Shown: positions 41,227 to 50,385 of the stretch, one piece after another
How positions within the stretch are numbered: the stretch's first letter is position 1
Layout: each line of letters starts with the position of its first letter
Source: Candidatus Enterousia sp.
Lineage (GTDB): Bacteria; Pseudomonadota; Alphaproteobacteria; Rs-D84
Assembly (NCBI GenBank): GCA_045648925.1
Contig: JAZROY010000003.1
Location: 57,082 to 121,081 of the forward strand
Length of the DNA: 64,000 bases
Reading direction: 5' to 3'
The notes under the pieces: model-generated
The model's input: only the letters and a program-made list of their open reading frames with translations
Databases searched by the model: none
Told to the model about the DNA's origin: nothing
Program-made: the position numbers and the translations under genes

Positions 41227-42297
41227 TTACATCAACACAGATGTAATTTGTTCTTGCATTTGGAATGTGCCCATAACGACCCAACCAATTATTATGGATA
41301 CAACAATAATACCAATACTGTTCAAAACACTTGATATACTTTCCATTTTTCGGACAGACTCTTCCATATAATCTGTCGCAATTTGATTTACATTTTTCGC
41401 AAAATCATTCATATCAGAATAAATTATTAAATCGCCGATAATTTCTTGGCTTGGGAAATCTTTACCAGTTGCCGCCAGCGCATTACCTAAATTTTCACCG
41501 TTTGAAATATAGTGTAATGCTTCTTCTAAAATATCAGACAAATAACGATTGGAATAATCTGCCAATAAACGCATCGCATCTGGCACAGACACCCCGGCAG
41601 ATACCATTGCTGATAAAGACATCAACCAACTGACCGACAATTGTAATTTATAAGTATTCCATGGTGGCAATTTATCAAACCATGTTCGCAATTTTCCAGT
41701 CCATACTGGCAACGATGCCCATATTAAAACAACCAATATAACAAAACCCCCGGCCAAAATATGCCAATATTTCCCAGCCATCTCTGATACCCAGACCAAT
41801 GATGCTGCACTGCCACGCCAAACAACTGTTGAACCAGCTGCCTCGGTCAATGGTGGCACCAGATACAACCCAACCATTATTACTATGGCAATTGTCAAAA
41901 CAAATAAAAACAATGGATAAGTAATCGCAGACCACATAGCACGCTTAATACGATTTATTCCGCCAACTATGCGTCCAATATTTTCCAAAGACACCAATAA
42001 ACTTGAAACACTGCCCGAAGTTAATAACAAAGTTTCTTCACGCGGAACCCAATCATAAGTTGCCTGGGCAAAAGTCATACCGCGTTCCAAATTTTGTTGA
42101 ATATCACGCATCGCTATCGCAAAGGGTTCATTTGGTTTCTGACCATTTTGCGATTCTATCATTTCTATTCTGTTCAACGCATCCATCAAAGTGAAATTAT
42201 TTCGCAATAATGACGCCACCTTGCGCGAAATAGCCATGCGCTTTTCAGTATCTGTTTTAAAAATTAATTTTGCATAAAGCAATTCTAACTTATTCAT
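41227..42297 (-). CDS. Type II secretion/type IV pilus platform protein, GspF family (BfpE/TcpE/PilR-R64-like)
   Basis: 356 aa polytopic membrane protein with a GspF-like domain; follows the ATPase gene as in bfpD-bfpE / pilQ-pilR. Confidence 0.6.
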   Translation of the reverse strand: MNKLELLYAKLIFKTDTEKRMAISRKVASLLRNNFTLMDALNRIEMIESQNGQKPNEPFAIAMRDIQQNLERGMTFAQATYDWVPREETLLLTSGSVSSLLVSLENIGRIVGGINRIKRAMWSAITYPLFLFVLTIAIVIMVGLYLVPPLTEAAGSTVVWRGSAASLVWVSEMAGKYWHILAGGFVILVVLIWASLPVWTGKLRTWFDKLPPWNTYKLQLSVSWLMSLSAMVSAGVSVPDAMRLLADYSNRYLSDILEEALHYISNGENLGNALAATGKDFPSQEIIGDLIIYSDMNDFAKNVNQIATDYMEESVRKMESISSVLNSIGIIVVSIIIGWVVMGTFQMQEQITSVLM

Positions 42298-42301
42298 GAT
42301 T

Positions 42302-43927
42302 TTAATACACCCATGGTCTGTCTAACATGCCAACCCAACGTTCCAGTTCATCTACACCGATAATTCCACGCAACATCAATTCTTCTGCAGCTTCTTTTAA
42401 TGTTCGCCCGTTCATTTTTTCCAGCCAATATTTTAATGCGTTTTCCGTTTCACCACTTAATGCCAGATTTAAAAATTCGCTATTTGTCATAATAATTTCA
42501 CCGGCCTTGATACGACCAATAGTCCCAGTTCCATTACAGTATTCACACCCAACACCACGAACATAAACCTGATTTAATCCTAATTCACCAAATGCATCTT
42601 TGACACGATTATACGCAGGGTGTTCACGTTTTTCAGATAATTTTTCACGACAATGTGGGCACAATTTTTTAAACAAACGCATGGAAACAAGACCGCGTAT
42701 CATTGTTTCATCTTTTAATTTAAATGCCTCTACACCCATATCCAGTAAACGCGTCAATGCACCCATTGCAGAATTTGCGTGTAAAGTAGTCCAAACATTA
42801 TGTCCAGAAAGCGCGCCTTTGACCGTTAACTGTGCCGCAGATAATGTTCTTATTTCACCGACCATCAATGTGTCAGGGTCGCTGCGCAATGCCGCCGCCA
42901 ACGCTTCTGTGAATTTTTCTTCGCGTTGTTCTTCGTTAATCGCGTTAACCACAGGAATTTGATGTGCACCGAAAATCTTTTGTTCCGCAGGATCTTCCAC
43001 AGTAATAAGATTTATTTCGTATCTTCTTTCTTTTAACATCAACGCCATATTATGAACCAAAGTCGTAGATTTACCAGATGATGTAGGCCCAGCCACAATT
43101 ACCAACCCTGTTGGCGCAGAACGAAGACGCATCAATAATTTTTGTTCGTATTCATTAAATTCTTGTTCTAATTTAACACCTTCGCTTGGGTTATCATAAA
43201 GAAGACGCATAACAACATATTGCGAACCAAACGCAATAGGATTAAATTGCATTCTTATACCCAAAACACCCGCAGGTAAATATAAATCTTTGGTTCCGCG
43301 CAATGGTGTTCGTCCGTCTTTTTGCGCAGTTTGATATTCGTTTTGCGCATAACTGGAATTAGAAATATCTGCAGATGCAAAAGCCGCCCGAACAAAAGAT
43401 TCGCCCCATTGTGAATTATATTCCAACACCGGTTGCATACTGCCATCAATACGAAAATAAATTGTTGTCTGGTCTGCAACTTCGATATGAACATCAGAAA
43501 CCTTTTGTGCCGCAGCACGAGCAATTATATCGACAAAATCTTTTTGCATTTGGTTGTCGTAATCCACACGCGAACGATTACCAAACCCCAATCTTTCATC
43601 ACTTGTTTTATATATATTTGAAATCAAACCCAAATCAGAATAATAAGGTTCCTTGACCGCAAGATTTTTTTGTTGCAACAAATCAAGAAAAGCCAAAACG
43701 CGACCATCATATTGATGTGTTCGCGATATAACAATTTCACCACCAGAAAAATATGCAATTAAATTCTGGGTATCTTTTGGTAAAGCCAATTCACCAGCAT
43801 ATGCCGTCAACAATCGATTATTATTGGAAAATAAATAATCCAGTATTTCTTTGCTGTTAGCTTTTTCTAAACTAACTGGAACAGACAATTCTTTAACATT
43901 TGCAAAATTATTATCTGTATATTGCAT
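42302..43927 (-). CDS. Type IV pilus/T2SS assembly ATPase, GspE family (BfpD/TcpT/PilQ-R64-like)
   Basis: 541 aa; Walker A VIVAGPTSSGKSTTL, Asp box, His box, C-terminal tetracysteine CPHC...CEYC zinc motif. Confidence 0.8.
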   Translation of the reverse strand: MQYTDNNFANVKELSVPVSLEKANSKEILDYLFSNNNRLLTAYAGELALPKDTQNLIAYFSGGEIVISRTHQYDGRVLAFLDLLQQKNLAVKEPYYSDLGLISNIYKTSDERLGFGNRSRVDYDNQMQKDFVDIIARAAAQKVSDVHIEVADQTTIYFRIDGSMQPVLEYNSQWGESFVRAAFASADISNSSYAQNEYQTAQKDGRTPLRGTKDLYLPAGVLGIRMQFNPIAFGSQYVVMRLLYDNPSEGVKLEQEFNEYEQKLLMRLRSAPTGLVIVAGPTSSGKSTTLVHNMALMLKERRYEINLITVEDPAEQKIFGAHQIPVVNAINEEQREEKFTEALAAALRSDPDTLMVGEIRTLSAAQLTVKGALSGHNVWTTLHANSAMGALTRLLDMGVEAFKLKDETMIRGLVSMRLFKKLCPHCREKLSEKREHPAYNRVKDAFGELGLNQVYVRGVGCEYCNGTGTIGRIKAGEIIMTNSEFLNLALSGETENALKYWLEKMNGRTLKEAAEELMLRGIIGVDELERWVGMLDRPWVY

Positions 43928-43931
43928 ATCT

Positions 43932-44630
43932 TTATTTTCCGATATTTAAACTTTCTTCTATACCATCTTTTTCAAGAATGATGCCATCATTCAAAGATAT
44001 AGATTTTACGATATATCCATCTAAATCTTTACCCACAGCGATGCGTTTATTTTGACCCGTAGATAATTCCTGAATAGTTGCCTGCAATTGGTTATCCATA
44101 CCAACAATATTTATCAATTTATATCTTTTGCTGAAATTACCATCCTCCTTTTTTGGGGTTGTTTTTTTGACAACAACCTCATCAATTTCTTCATCCAAAG
44201 CATATCTTTGTTGCTTTAATTTTTCAGTTTGGATTTCCAATTGAGTTTTCGCAGTTTCCAATTCATGTTGTTGTTGTTCTGCACGTCCAGACAAAGTATC
44301 CAATTCCATTTGTAATTTGATTCTTTCTGCATTTAATCTGTCCAAATCTAAATCAAGTTGTGCGCGTTCTTTTTCCAGTTGTGCGACAACTTTTTCTTGT
44401 TCCAACATTGTAATTTTTTCAAACAAAGAACCGGTCATATCATAATCTTGCAATGCCTGAACAGACATTTCATCCGCCAATTCAGAATCATTTTGCTGAT
44501 TATCATAATCATCATATTCAATAAAATCGTCCATAAAAACTTCTTCGGACCAACCAGAAGAAATATGAAGCCCCAAAGCTATCATACATGCAACAACTAT
44601 AATATTTAATTTTTTAAACATGTTTTCCAC
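43932..44630 (-). CDS. Periplasmic coiled-coil pilus-assembly protein (PilP/BfpU-like, tentative)
   Basis: 232 aa; signal peptide, acidic stretch, long coiled coil, C-terminal beta-domain (KRIAVGKDLDGYIVKSISLNDGIILEKDG). Confidence 0.35.
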   Translation of the reverse strand: MENMFKKLNIIVVACMIALGLHISSGWSEEVFMDDFIEYDDYDNQQNDSELADEMSVQALQDYDMTGSLFEKITMLEQEKVVAQLEKERAQLDLDLDRLNAERIKLQMELDTLSGRAEQQQHELETAKTQLEIQTEKLKQQRYALDEEIDEVVVKKTTPKKEDGNFSKRYKLINIVGMDNQLQATIQELSTGQNKRIAVGKDLDGYIVKSISLNDGIILEKDGIEESLNIGK

Positions 44631-44632
44631 CT

Positions 44633-45883
44633 TTATTTAGAATAAATTACTACTTCGTAATTCCAAACCTTTGTATTTGCACGCCATGTCACAGACGGCA
44701 TATATACACCATCAAATTCATCGAAAGCCCGCATAAATTCCGGCGGTATCAATTTCGAAGAAACCCCTACTTCGGTCACATAGATATTTTCTGTATCTCC
44801 CCCATTTGAAACTCTGTCTATGACGCCTTGGATATTTGCGTTGATATTAGATTGTTGAAAAATAGTTGTCACATCACGCATCAAAGTTGTTTGATCGCGT
44901 TCATCAATCGAAGAATAAGTTTTTAATGCGGGCAACTTTACACGAACAATGATTTCATCATCGGACATTTGTTGCACCATCGCCCCAGGCATTAAATCAC
45001 CACCAATATCATAAAAATCATTTAATGTGCCAAAATCACGCGAAAAATTAGCCGACACATATTCTTCATCACATCTAGCATAGGTTTGATTCCAACCCAT
45101 CACAGGTTGCATTACAAAAGCAATTGCACGATAACACAATTCTGCGCGTTCTTTGACATTTGGTAAATGATTATATGCGTAATCAACACTTTGTTCTGTG
45201 ATGACTGGCATTATTTTTTCAGTCATCTTTTGTGTTTTTTCTTCTATTTGCTTTTTGTATTCTGCGATTTTTTCTGCGTTTATCGTTGGTTTGTTTGCAT
45301 TTTGATTTATCACAGAATTTTTTAATACAACATATCCAAATATCGCGAACAAAATTAAAAACACAATTGTTGGTATCATTGATTTTACAGTGCTTATCTC
45401 ATGTAATTTTACATTTGCACCCTGACCCATTAAATCAGACAACTGTTTTTCTTGGGATTTTGGTATCCCCCAACTTGCAGGTGCGAATAAAGCACCCCAA
45501 TCTGGGATTTCAACCATTTGCATAAATAATTTCCTGGCACTTTGGGCATCAGTAAGCAAAATATCGCGAATAATAACACCATTACGCACAGCGATTAAAT
45601 AATAATTGTTGTTATCTGCCTGGAAAACCCCCAAAAAAGAAACCAAATCTGACAATGCACTGACTATCTCTATTGCGGCACTTGGCATACCAGCATTTGC
45701 GCCTTCGCGCGTATCGGTTAAACCGACCATAGATTTATATCCAACATAAAGTGTATATTTTTTATCGCCATTTTTTGCCAACTGTTTCGCATAATTTTGC
45801 GCAGTATTACCAACCCGCAGGGGCTGCCAAAACAGACCTGTTGCGTATTTTTTATGATTAACGGTTATTACTTGTTTTATCAA
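44633..45883 (-). CDS. Bitopic inner-membrane pilus biogenesis protein (BfpC / R64 PilO-like, tentative)
   Basis: 416 aa; ~170-aa cytoplasmic domain, one TM (IPTIVFLILFAIFGYVVL), ~225-aa periplasmic domain; position and size match bfpC/pilO upstream of the ATPase. Confidence 0.4.
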   Translation of the reverse strand: MIKQVITVNHKKYATGLFWQPLRVGNTAQNYAKQLAKNGDKKYTLYVGYKSMVGLTDTREGANAGMPSAAIEIVSALSDLVSFLGVFQADNNNYYLIAVRNGVIIRDILLTDAQSARKLFMQMVEIPDWGALFAPASWGIPKSQEKQLSDLMGQGANVKLHEISTVKSMIPTIVFLILFAIFGYVVLKNSVINQNANKPTINAEKIAEYKKQIEEKTQKMTEKIMPVITEQSVDYAYNHLPNVKERAELCYRAIAFVMQPVMGWNQTYARCDEEYVSANFSRDFGTLNDFYDIGGDLMPGAMVQQMSDDEIIVRVKLPALKTYSSIDERDQTTLMRDVTTIFQQSNINANIQGVIDRVSNGGDTENIYVTEVGVSSKLIPPEFMRAFDEFDGVYMPSVTWRANTKVWNYEVVIYSK

Positions 45884-45956
45884 TTCTCTCTCGTTATAGA
45901 GACATTATAACACAAATCGATAAAAAAAATAAAGCCGAAATTTATAATAAAAAAGT

Positions 45957-45988
45957 CGTATTTCTACGACTTTTTTCTTACTTTATAC
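45957..45988. terminator. Bidirectional intrinsic terminator upstream of the pilus-like operon
   Basis: A5-agtcgta-tttc-tacgact-T6. Confidence 0.6.
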
Positions 45989-46295
45989 AATCATATACTT
46001 TGACTTTGAACTTATATGTGTGTTCTGGTCCAAATACAGCCCCGATATTATCAATTATATCTTCATTAACAATCAGGTAAGAATCCCCGATTAAATTTTT
46101 GTTTTCCAAGATACTTTTTTCAATATAATCATACGCACCAGATATTTTATATGTTGTCACACTTGAATCCAGATTATACAAAAATTCGCAATTTTTTGGT
46201 TCTTCGGTCAATCTTGTCAGACCATTTCCGCCATCAGTTGTCTTTGCGCAAGCACACAAAGCCAACACAGACATTAAAACAATACTTTTTTTCAT
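45978..46295 (-). CDS. Small hypothetical lipoprotein
   Basis: 105 aa; lipobox VLALCACAK. Confidence 0.4.
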   Translation of the reverse strand: MKKSIVLMSVLALCACAKTTDGGNGLTRLTEEPKNCEFLYNLDSSVTTYKISGAYDYIEKSILENKNLIGDSYLIVNEDIIDNIGAVFGPEHTYKFKVKVYDCIK

Positions 46296-46314
46296 TTTTT
46301 ACTCCTTTTTTTGA

Positions 46315-47244
46315 TTAAACGATTTCATAGTTAGATTTATCACTAAACAATTTTCTTAAAACCAAATTATTCAGTGCATGCGACCCCTTATAAGATTCAA
46401 GATGCCCATAAATAAAACCAGAACTTGTAAACATATCACCAATTGCGTCTATGATTTTATGGCGAACAAATTCATCTTTGTAATATAACTTGTTAAGTGT
46501 TCCATCACCAGCATCATTCAAAGCAATAACATTTTTTTCATTTGCACCATGTGCCATACCATGTGCTTTTAAATAATCCCATTCAGAATATTTTCCAAAA
46601 GTTCTTGACCGTGATACATTTTTCACAAAATTATCAACCGACTTTTTTGTCCCGTCCAACAAACAAGAATAAGATTGTGTTCCAATAATTTTATCATCAT
46701 AAACCAAAGTAGCATCTATCAATAAACCATTTTCATTTGGCGATAATTTAACATAACCATTGCCACGGCGCCAAATTGTGTGATTCAAAATAGTTGTTTT
46801 TATGCATTTCCAAAACGGCATATATTTTGCCAATTCATTTCGTTTTGCGACAACAGTTTTTTTCACGATAATTTTTTTCATCTTATTTTTTTTACCGACT
46901 GCTTTTTCCAACGCGTTAAAAAATTCAAAAGCACTGCCATCCATAATTGGTGTTTCATAATTATCTATTTCGACAATTGCACTGTCAATACCGAGCACGA
47001 AAAAAGTAGCCATCAAATGTTCAACAGTTTGAACATGCGCACCTTTTTTATCACCGATTGTTGTATTGCGCATAAAAGTATCGCCAACATTATCAAATGT
47101 CGCAGGAATTAAATCAGAACCAGCAATATCAATTCTTTTGAAAAAAATCCCCGGCCTTAAAGATGGTTTTATAACCATATTGACTGGCAATCCAGAATGT
47201 ATACCAACACCAGAAACTTTAACTTTTTTTGTTAATGTTGTCAT
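46315..47244 (-). CDS. lpxC: UDP-3-O-acyl-N-acetylglucosamine deacetylase
   Basis: 309 aa; N-terminus ...KVSGVGIHSG, HVQTVEHLMATF zinc site, IMDGSAFEF. Confidence 0.85.
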   Translation of the reverse strand: MTTLTKKVKVSGVGIHSGLPVNMVIKPSLRPGIFFKRIDIAGSDLIPATFDNVGDTFMRNTTIGDKKGAHVQTVEHLMATFFVLGIDSAIVEIDNYETPIMDGSAFEFFNALEKAVGKKNKMKKIIVKKTVVAKRNELAKYMPFWKCIKTTILNHTIWRRGNGYVKLSPNENGLLIDATLVYDDKIIGTQSYSCLLDGTKKSVDNFVKNVSRSRTFGKYSEWDYLKAHGMAHGANEKNVIALNDAGDGTLNKLYYKDEFVRHKIIDAIGDMFTSSGFIYGHLESYKGSHALNNLVLRKLFSDKSNYEIV

Positions 47245-48145
47245 CTACCTTTCCTTTTATCCAATTATAAAAACCTTTTTCGATTTCTATATCCAGCGCA
47301 GAAAATTTTATTTTGTCTTTTGCCCAATCTGGGATACGCACCCAATCTTTTTCTGTGGTTAACAATCGTGCATTTTTCGATTTTGCTTTTTGAATCAACA
47401 AATTGATATCCGCATCACTATATTGATAATGGTCTGGGAAAGATATCTTTTCAACAACATTGCATGGTATGTTATCGAAAAACTTTTTTGGATACCCAAT
47501 CCCGGCAAACGCGATTACATTTACCTTTTTATCATATGGGCAACTTTCACTACTTTTTGCATTAAATATCGGAATATCTGTCGGCAAAGCAAAATTTCGC
47601 GCGACATTTTTTCTTTTTATCAATATAATCGCATCAGCGCGTTTAATCGCAGATTTCCCTTCGCGTAACGGTCCCGCAGGTAACAAAAAACCATTACCAA
47701 ACCCAATTGCTTCATCAAAAACCAGCACAGAAATATCTTTTTTTATAGAAGAATTTTGAAATCCATCATCCATAACAATCGGTGAATTTGATTTTTGTTT
47801 GTTTAATAAAATTAAATTACTTTTTCGATTCCCCACATGCACCAGAATACCATCATTTGACAACATTTTTGCTTCATCACCGACATAATCAGTTTGCTTG
47901 GAATTTTTATATCCCCGCATAACCACAGGAGAATTAAAAAACTTTGCTACTTCGCGCACAATGGGTGTTTTTCCAACCCCACCAGATAAAATATTACCGA
48001 AACAAATTACCGGTCGTCTTGATTTATATTCGCGCATTTTGCGAAAACCAAAGACAGTTTTCGATGCAATAAAATAAAACAAAGACAGTGGCAATAATAA
48101 AATCGCCATAAACCCGCGCTTTAAAAACCATTTTGGTGTTTTCAC
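47219..48145 (-). CDS. lpxK: Tetraacyldisaccharide 4'-kinase
   Basis: 308 aa; P-loop ICFGNILSGGVGKTP; N-terminal membrane anchor. Confidence 0.8.
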   Translation of the reverse strand: MKTPKWFLKRGFMAILLLPLSLFYFIASKTVFGFRKMREYKSRRPVICFGNILSGGVGKTPIVREVAKFFNSPVVMRGYKNSKQTDYVGDEAKMLSNDGILVHVGNRKSNLILLNKQKSNSPIVMDDGFQNSSIKKDISVLVFDEAIGFGNGFLLPAGPLREGKSAIKRADAIILIKRKNVARNFALPTDIPIFNAKSSESCPYDKKVNVIAFAGIGYPKKFFDNIPCNVVEKISFPDHYQYSDADINLLIQKAKSKNARLLTTEKDWVRIPDWAKDKIKFSALDIEIEKGFYNWIKGKVDDNINKKS

Positions 48146-48900
48146 AGTATCACCGCCCTATCTTTAAAATTGTCTGGGGTTAAATCTTGTTCAACCCGGA
48201 ATTTAGTAAATCTTTTATCCAAATCATATGCCTGTTTTACCATAACATCTTCAAGATTTTTACGAATTTTTTCAAAATCTTCGATTTTTGTTTTTCTATC
48301 GATAAATATAGGTTTTCCAACAGTTCCCGCGATAATAGAAAACGGTTTAGTCAACAAATATCTGTCCCATCGATTTTGGAACCACGGTCTGGACGAAGAA
48401 TAACAAACCGGAATTATCGGCGCACCAGTCATTTTCGCGAAATAAAGCGCACCATCATGAAACCGCATAGACGGTCCACACGGGCCATCTGGCGAAAGTG
48501 CCAGACAATTTCCACCGCGTTTAAGTGCCTCTACCCCCTTACGCAGAACAGACACCCCGCCCCCATCAGACGAACCGTATATGGTTTTAAGACCGAATAA
48601 CTTTTCCATTTTTGCGATTGCCCGCCCATCTTTCTTGGCATCAGCAATCGCATACCCGCGCACCCTGTTAAGAGCAATTACCGGCGACAACATCATTGTC
48701 CGTCCATGCCAAAACACGAAAATCGCGGGCTTTCTGGCATATTTTTTCAAAACGGATAAACCCGTAATATCTTTTTTAGATGTGAAATAAACGAACCAGA
48801 TTAAAACATAATAGACAATCGCCATAATCCACTGAACAACCCCCCAACCATATAGAAATCTGAAAAATCGTTTAAATCTTTTTGATATTGATTTTTTCAT
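48142..48900 (-). CDS. DUF374/lysophospholipid-acyltransferase-like protein (commonly lpxK-adjacent in alphaproteobacteria)
   Basis: 252 aa; N-terminal TM, FVFWHGRTMM..SPDGP motif region. Confidence 0.5.
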   Translation of the reverse strand: MKKSISKRFKRFFRFLYGWGVVQWIMAIVYYVLIWFVYFTSKKDITGLSVLKKYARKPAIFVFWHGRTMMLSPVIALNRVRGYAIADAKKDGRAIAKMEKLFGLKTIYGSSDGGGVSVLRKGVEALKRGGNCLALSPDGPCGPSMRFHDGALYFAKMTGAPIIPVCYSSSRPWFQNRWDRYLLTKPFSIIAGTVGKPIFIDRKTKIEDFEKIRKNLEDVMVKQAYDLDKRFTKFRVEQDLTPDNFKDRAVIL

Positions 48901-48920
48901 GTTTTAAAACCTTGATGTAT

Positions 48921-48949
48921 ATCCTAGCAATAAAAAAAATACAATGCAA
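48921..48949 (-). promoter_or_regulatory. Candidate sigma70-type promoter (TTGCAT-17-TAGGAT) for the DUF374 gene/lpx operon
   Basis: Minus strand ttgcat (48949-48944), 17-nt spacer, taggat (48926-48921); the spacer is nearly identical to that of the promoter-like element at 57196-57224. Confidence 0.3.
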
Positions 48950-49011
48950 GTAAGGGTTTATTTGATAAAAAACTATCATATTTGACATTTTTAGAATAAA
49001 GTGCCATTCTC

Positions 49012-49350
49012 ACCCCCAGGTTGGAGTGTGCGAATATATTGAATAAGCACAGCAAACTGTACTTTGTTTAGTGAACTCCAACCACTTTGTTTTTTACAGG
49101 GTGGTATTTTACATATATATTTATAATTACTTTTTTATTTTGACAATTTTGTCAAATGATGTAAAAATACCATTGACGATATGTGTTATATCGTTGGGTT
49201 TATCGACCCATAAGCATAGCAGTTAGAGATGACTGAAAAAATCTCCAACCACAGGTTGGAGTGTGCGAATATAAAGAATAAGCACAACAAACTATGCTTT
49301 GTTCGATAAACTCCAACCACTTTGTTTTTTACAAGGTGGTATTTTGTTTG
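49012..49350. repeat. Two ~100-bp direct repeat copies (49012-49110, 49243-49350) rich in palindromes, separated by an AT-rich spacer carrying the palindrome ttgacaattttgtcaa; candidate cis-regulatory/ncRNA region upstream of an XRE regulator
   Basis: Each copy has ggttggagt ... ~50 nt ... aactccaacc, then the hairpin ccactttg-tttttta-caaggtgg and T-rich tail. Copy 2 adds the perfect 18-bp palindrome ctccaacc-ac-aggttggag. Confidence 0.7.
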
Positions 49351-49366
49351 CTAAAAAAGGTTCAAA

Positions 49367-49699
49367 ATGAAACAAAAAAATATCACGACGCATATAACAA
49401 AAACCATTGCTGAACGAATAAAATTACGAAGAATTATGTTGGGTATGTCGCAATCTGATTTGGGAAAATTGTGCGGGGTTTCTTTTCAACAAATACAAAA
49501 ATACGAAAGCGGGCAAACCAGCATATCTTGCCAACGATTGTTTCAAATCAGCACTGCGCTAGGCACCCCTGTTGATTTTTTCTTTGATACACAAAACAAA
49601 ATGTATGGTTCGGAATCATTAAAATTATTGATTTTATATTGGAAATTACCACAAAATAAGAAAAAACTAATCTTTGAAATGGTAAAAAACATAAAATAA
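49367..49699 (+). CDS. XRE-family helix-turn-helix transcriptional regulator
   Basis: 110 aa; LRRIMLGMSQSDLGKLCGVSFQQIQKYESGQTSIS is a classic HTH_XRE. Confidence 0.75.
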   Translation: MKQKNITTHITKTIAERIKLRRIMLGMSQSDLGKLCGVSFQQIQKYESGQTSISCQRLFQISTALGTPVDFFFDTQNKMYGSESLKLLILYWKLPQNKKKLIFEMVKNIK

Positions 49700-49775
49700 T
49701 TATGAATATACCTAAGATTAAAAGCATTTATTTATTTGACAACCGCATATAAACATGTATAATAAAGCCCGTTAT

Positions 49776-49852
<77 letters not shown>

Positions 49853-50385
49853 GTTAAATGAAAAATACACCCCTGTGGTGTATTTTTTATTTAATGTGTG
49901 TTGTGTTGGGTTTGAACCACCGGGGCAAGGTGGTTCAGTGCAAGGATTAGGCAGACGGCAGTATGCCGGTTTGCGACAGCAAAAATCCGCAGCCAATGAA
50001 GCGAAGCGAAATAAATCCATCTCCCGCAACCAGTTTAAATAAAAAACGTGTCCAAAGCGGCACGTTTTTTATTTAATTTGTTGTGGATTGTTGGTTTGAT
50101 ATCATACAACGCAGTTGTTTGGTTCAAAATTTGTATATAAGAACGAGTTTTTACCCATATTTGGTAAAAACGAAGTTCGAATAACTACAAATTTGCGCGC
50201 AGACACAAAGTGTCGAGCGAATTCCATCTCCCGCAACCAAGATTTAATAAAAAGCACCCCTTGTGGGTGTTTTTTTGTTAAATATGTGTGTTGTGTTGGG
50301 TTTGAACCACCGGGGCAAAGTGGTGCAAAACAAGGATTAGGCAGACGGCAGTATGCCGGTTTGCGACAGCAAAAATCCGCAACTA
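49853..50385 (+). repeat. Array of three tRNA-fMet 3'-end-associated units: A 49853-50042 and B 50043-50239 each end in a copy of the last ~20 nt of tRNA-fMet; C 50240-50385 repeats the body of A (49895-49990 vs 50285-50380, ~93% id) and is cut off at the galE stop
   Basis: Units A and B end ...aaatccatctcccgcaacca and ...aattccatctcccgcaacca; each unit begins with a terminator-like hairpin + T-run. Body hairpin gaaccacc-ggggcaa-ggtggttc. The 3' part (gccggtttgc...tgaagcgNagcgaaaNaaatcc) is shared with the tRNA-Met locus units at 34429-34759. Confidence 0.85.
49860..49888 (+). terminator. Intrinsic terminator after tRNA-fMet
   Basis: tacacc-cctgt-ggtgta + T6. Confidence 0.65.
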
